Assembly: GCA_048937405.1 (NCBI GenBank)
Contig: JBHLNF010000001.1
Span: forward strand, 32,001-96,000
DNA length: 64,000 nucleotides
Reading direction: 5' to 3'
DNA from: Promethearchaeota archaeon
Lineage (GTDB): Archaea > Asgardarchaeota > Lokiarchaeia > Sigyniarchaeales > SOKP01
A model generated the notes under the pieces. It made no database searches. It saw only the letters and a list, made by a program, of their open reading frames with translations, and was not told where the DNA came from. Each line of letters opens with the position of its first letter. The stretch's first letter is position 1. The position numbers were made by a program, and so were the translations under genes. Shown one piece after another: positions 60,128 to 64,000 of this stretch.

Positions 60128-61291
60128 ATGAGAAAAATAGTATTTTCCTTAATGATTATTAGTTTAATTTTTTCCTCTACATGGTTTATGTTATCTATGA
60201 GTTATGTTAAGAGCAGTACACGTAGTAAATTAATTTTTATTTCCGATCCTATTGATCCCCCTATTGAAATATCTAGTGATAATGACTTTCTATTATATAA
60301 TTTTCCTGGATTAGGAACAGAAGAAGATCCTTATCGATTAGAGAATCTAAATATAATCACGTCACATAGTTATGGAATTATAGTGCAGAATATTACTAAA
60401 TGCATCTTAATACAAAATAATAAAATTACTACTTCATATAGATGTATTGGAATTTTCCATACTAGTCCAGGTACAGTAATTATTGCTAACAATACTTGTA
60501 TTGGACCAGAATTTGAATTATATCAGTTGGGAATATTTGTAGGTGATTCTCCTTATATAAAAATATTAAATAATACTTGTAGCAATTTCTATAACGGAAT
60601 TGACATTAACGATTCTCCACATTCTCTTATTGAAAACAACGTGTTTTCGAAAAATCATGCTGGTATAAGAATTGAAAATAGAGTACACTATTCAAAAATA
60701 ATTAGCAATCTTATTGTAAATAATTTAGATGGAATGTATATAACTAATTCAAGGGAAATATTATTTGAAAACAACATAGTACGAAATAATGTTGTTGGAC
60801 TTCTTTTAGATAGTACAAATGATGAATATCCCTCTCAAAATTGTGTTATTAGAAATAATTTATTTGAAAACAATACTTCTTTTGCTCTAGTATTTTCAGG
60901 ATTTATGGGACAAGATTTTACTCATGAAAACCTTGTATATCATAACTCTTTCGTAAATAACAATCCAAAAGGAGATTCTCAAGCTAAAGATGGTGGAAAT
61001 AACAATAGATGGTATAATGAAAGTTTAAAAGAAGGAAATTATTGGTCAGATTGGGGAGGGCTTTTACCATATGACATTGATGGTTCTACGAATGCAATAG
61101 ATATGTATCCTTTAGAAACTCCTCTACATTCAACTTTGACAAAGATACCTATTTTTTTTATTGGAAGAATTATCTTGGTGTTATTAGGTATGGGGATAGA
61201 AGCTATTTTAGTCATTTGTATATTGATATTTGAAAGATTCAAAAAAAAAAGACGTAATTTAATAGAAAGTATTAATCCTAATAGAGCTTAA
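60128..61291 (+). CDS. NosD/CASH right-handed beta-helix surface protein
   Basis: Signal helix, GTEEDPY, I.NN...N..GI repeats, GNYWSDW, D.YPL, C-terminal TM. Confidence 0.88.
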   Translation: MRKIVFSLMIISLIFSSTWFMLSMSYVKSSTRSKLIFISDPIDPPIEISSDNDFLLYNFPGLGTEEDPYRLENLNIITSHSYGIIVQNITKCILIQNNKITTSYRCIGIFHTSPGTVIIANNTCIGPEFELYQLGIFVGDSPYIKILNNTCSNFYNGIDINDSPHSLIENNVFSKNHAGIRIENRVHYSKIISNLIVNNLDGMYITNSREILFENNIVRNNVVGLLLDSTNDEYPSQNCVIRNNLFENNTSFALVFSGFMGQDFTHENLVYHNSFVNNNPKGDSQAKDGGNNNRWYNESLKEGNYWSDWGGLLPYDIDGSTNAIDMYPLETPLHSTLTKIPIFFIGRIILVLLGMGIEAILVICILIFERFKKKRRNLIESINPNRA

Positions 61292-61300
61292 AATCCTGCC

Positions 61301-62500
61301 TTAATTTTCAAATTGTAGTGATCCATACACAGAATCATGACCCGGCATAAACCAGAACTTTCTTTTCCTTATTTTATCAATAGCTACAATTAAATTCTCA
61401 TCTATATTATCAAAATTACTCTTTCCTTCCCATATAGCATATTCACCACCATTCTCTACCACTAATTTTTTATACACAGATAGATTATCTCTATCATATT
61501 CAGTTCCACCCAAGACAATAGAAATAAGATGTAATAAAGGAACTATATACTGAAAGTTTAATTTAAATGGATTTAATTGATCATTTAATTCTTGTACTCT
61601 AGATAAAACTCCTTTTGTTAACTTTTTCTTACAATAAGGACATATATCAATATTTAGTTTTGGACTACAAAAATAATCCTCTTTATCATTATGGCGTTCT
61701 GGGCGATGCCCATTATAGTAGTACTTACCCTGCGAGGGTTTTAGCTCATAAGTTTTAATAATACTATTTCGTCTTATTGAATCAACTAAATTTTGGTAGT
61801 TAAGTCTATTAAATCTAAGTAATGTAGCTTCCCTCCCTAACCTATGAAAATTAGTAGAATGACTATCTGAGTTTGATATAACAGATACTTTATTTAGTTC
61901 GGAAATTCCTCTAACCATTAAGGGATCTGAACTTAATCCAGTTTCAATTGAATTAATGTAGTTCATACCAACCCCAAAAGCTTCTTTTACAGAGTTGAAA
62001 TGTGTTTTTTCTCCAAAAACGCCATAATATGGTGTGAAGATATGTGCAGGTATTATTTCTATGTTATTATCTATCGATTTTAAACCAATAATTAATTTTT
62101 CAGCAGAAATGTAAATTTTGGGTCTTCCTTCCCTATCCAAATTTCCAAATTTTGACAAATAAATAATAGATTCTCTTAGTTTTTCAAAGTTTGGAAATAG
62201 AAGAATAAAGTGAACCTTTTTAACACTTGAACTATTGTTCCAAATTGCTTCAATTTCTGATTGTAAGATAAAGAAAACATCTGGTACTTTTGGAGTAAAA
62301 AATATTCCATCCGAGTATTCAATTAAATTATTATTTAATTCTTTTCTCCATAATGGATGAAGACAATCACCTGTTCCAACAATATTTATTCCTTTAAGCT
62401 TACAATTACTAGCTATTTTAAAAATATCAATATATTTACTTGCTCCACCTGAATACTTACTATGGATGTGTAAATCACAAATTTTAATCATTTCATTCAA
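61301..62500 (-). CDS. Endonuclease Q family (PHP domain + Zn finger); likely start ATG at 62491
   Basis: DLHIHSKYS, GTGDCLHP, HFI, PAHIFTP, ETGLSSD, NSDSHS, GREAT, GKY, CPYC..GV. Confidence 0.9.
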   Translation of the reverse strand: MNEMIKICDLHIHSKYSGGASKYIDIFKIASNCKLKGINIVGTGDCLHPLWRKELNNNLIEYSDGIFFTPKVPDVFFILQSEIEAIWNNSSSVKKVHFILLFPNFEKLRESIIYLSKFGNLDREGRPKIYISAEKLIIGLKSIDNNIEIIPAHIFTPYYGVFGEKTHFNSVKEAFGVGMNYINSIETGLSSDPLMVRGISELNKVSVISNSDSHSTNFHRLGREATLLRFNRLNYQNLVDSIRRNSIIKTYELKPSQGKYYYNGHRPERHNDKEDYFCSPKLNIDICPYCKKKLTKGVLSRVQELNDQLNPFKLNFQYIVPLLHLISIVLGGTEYDRDNLSVYKKLVVENGGEYAIWEGKSNFDNIDENLIVAIDKIRKRKFWFMPGHDSVYGSLQFEN

Positions 62501-62758
62501 AATTTTTCATTAAGAGCTAAAATTGTATTCTAATTTATTTATTTAAATTCATAAATAATGATCAACTCAGTAGTAAATACAAATTTAAGACTAAAACAAG
62601 ATAATATTCTTTCGATTTGTGAATTTGAATAATTTTATGAAGATAAGAATAGATTTTCATCATAATTTTACCTAAATAATAGATTTTATCTCTTTAGAAA
62701 TTAAAAAATAAAAAAAAAAATAATTGATTATGATTTTTATTCTATACGTTATTAATCA

Positions 62759-64000
62759 TTAGAGATCAAATTCTTTACGACGTTTTTTTAGAAATATTAA
62801 ACCAGGAGTAATTACAAGTATTATAATTCCTATAAAACTCCCAATTGCAAAGGGCATCCAAGAATTAGGTTCTGTTCTGCTTGGAGGATCAATGTGGAAT
62901 TGAATCATATCCTCTTTTACAGAGTAATAATGATTATCACTATTAAAATCGACGAACCCATAAACTAAATAAATTCCCTTTGTTAATATAAATTGTAATT
63001 GCTCAATGGTCCATTCAGCTACATAGCGATATACACCAAGGCCCATATGTTCCATCTCCAAGGTAGATAAAATGTCTCCATCTGGATTAACCAAATAAAT
63101 TTTAACTATTAAAGGTATTTCAACAGTAGGGATAATTGGATTTCCAGTTTCAACATCTATAAGATAAGCTGCAATTGAAAGCTTAATTGATTCTGCCTCG
63201 AGATAATCAAATTCACCACTAAGTTTTAATTCTAACCGACGATATACTGTTATATTAAAAAATTTTTCAGCGAAATTCCCTTGTTCATCATAGAAAATTA
63301 ATTTGAGATGATGTTCACCACGATCAAGCATGTTAGTGGTCAGTACAACAATGTCAGTCCTATAAAGATCATTTGAATCTTGAGGATAATGAGTTATACT
63401 CAGAGCAAAACCTTCATCTGGTTGTGCATTATATGGAGGATCAATATTAACAAGTTGGACATCAGTAATTGGAGAAGAATCATAGATTTTTATACTTCCG
63501 ATTATCTGTGGATTCTGAGTGTAATAAATATCTAATTCGTCAGGAATAGTATCATCACCAGGATACCATGATGGGGGATTAACATCTAATCCACTTGGGT
63601 ATAGACTATAGAACCACTTCTTACTCATAGGATTCCATTGATATCCAGTGAATCTACTATTATACACATCGTGATCATATCTTACAAAGAGAGAGGAATA
63701 GGGCATTAAATCTTCAACTAAATATCTTTGAATTTCGTCATAAATAGCTTTTCTTGCTGAAGGATTAATTTCTTCTAATCCTTGAGCCATAAGATTTTGA
63801 AGATAAGGATCATTTACATTAGCAAAATTAGCTATTGAGATATTAAAGCATAAAGAATTAACGAAATTACTAGGATCATTAAAATCAGGTAACCAACCTC
63901 CAAGGAAAAGTTGTACATCATTAGATTCTCCAATAAAACGTCTGAATGCGTGATTAACAATCCATTCCCAGCTAGTACCCCCATCTATGATTTCAATTCC
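62759..64000 (-). CDS. ABC transporter substrate-binding protein family 5, C-terminal part with Ig-like domains and TM anchor (partial)
   Basis: Frame is open to the window end; GWLPDFNDPSN, ARKAIYDEIQRYLVEDLMPY; C-terminal TM followed by KKRRK. Confidence 0.8.
   Translation of the reverse strand, partial: GIEIIDGGTSWEWIVNHAFRRFIGESNDVQLFLGGWLPDFNDPSNFVNSLCFNISIANFANVNDPYLQNLMAQGLEEINPSARKAIYDEIQRYLVEDLMPYSSLFVRYDHDVYNSRFTGYQWNPMSKKWFYSLYPSGLDVNPPSWYPGDDTIPDELDIYYTQNPQIIGSIKIYDSSPITDVQLVNIDPPYNAQPDEGFALSITHYPQDSNDLYRTDIVVLTTNMLDRGEHHLKLIFYDEQGNFAEKFFNITVYRRLELKLSGEFDYLEAESIKLSIAAYLIDVETGNPIIPTVEIPLIVKIYLVNPDGDILSTLEMEHMGLGVYRYVAEWTIEQLQFILTKGIYLVYGFVDFNSDNHYYSVKEDMIQFHIDPPSRTEPNSWMPFAIGSFIGIIILVITPGLIFLKKRRKEFDL

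Overview
AT-rich archaeal chromosomal segment, most likely from an Asgard archaeon (Lokiarchaeia-like). The basis is a Rag-like GTPase-roadblock gene, longin-domain proteins, many TPR and Zn-ribbon proteins, two TFB paralogues and an intron-containing tRNA. Housekeeping genes sit on the flanks: an inactive-looking Cdc6/Orc1, smc, scpA/scpB, valS, tRNA-Ala(CGC), a MoxR-VWA pair, EndoQ and an ABC substrate-binding protein. Between smc and scpAB lies a ~36 kb accessory region. Main observations: (1) a transposase-less 9.3 kb element (16857-26183) with IS256/Mutator-like 21-bp terminal inverted repeats and an exact 8-bp target-site duplication, carrying TPR proteins that share a C-terminal multi-Zn-ribbon module; (2) the element splits a TFB-headed type IV/Tad pilus locus that also encodes a membrane-anchored HerA/VirD4-like ATPase, a candidate DNA-transfer system; (3) the 1483-aa SMC has no recognisable hinge or Zn-hook, and its arms are lengthened by ~90-98-aa repeats; (4) a longin protein with an FLCN/SMCR8-like ARG motif lies near a Rag-like GTPase; (5) duplicated gene fragments, one with an inverted-repeat-bounded micro-inversion and one next to a third TIR copy; (6) a tRNA intron at the non-canonical 25/26 position and an unannotated Lsm gene with an in-frame stop. 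All family calls come from motif recognition by eye; no searches were run.
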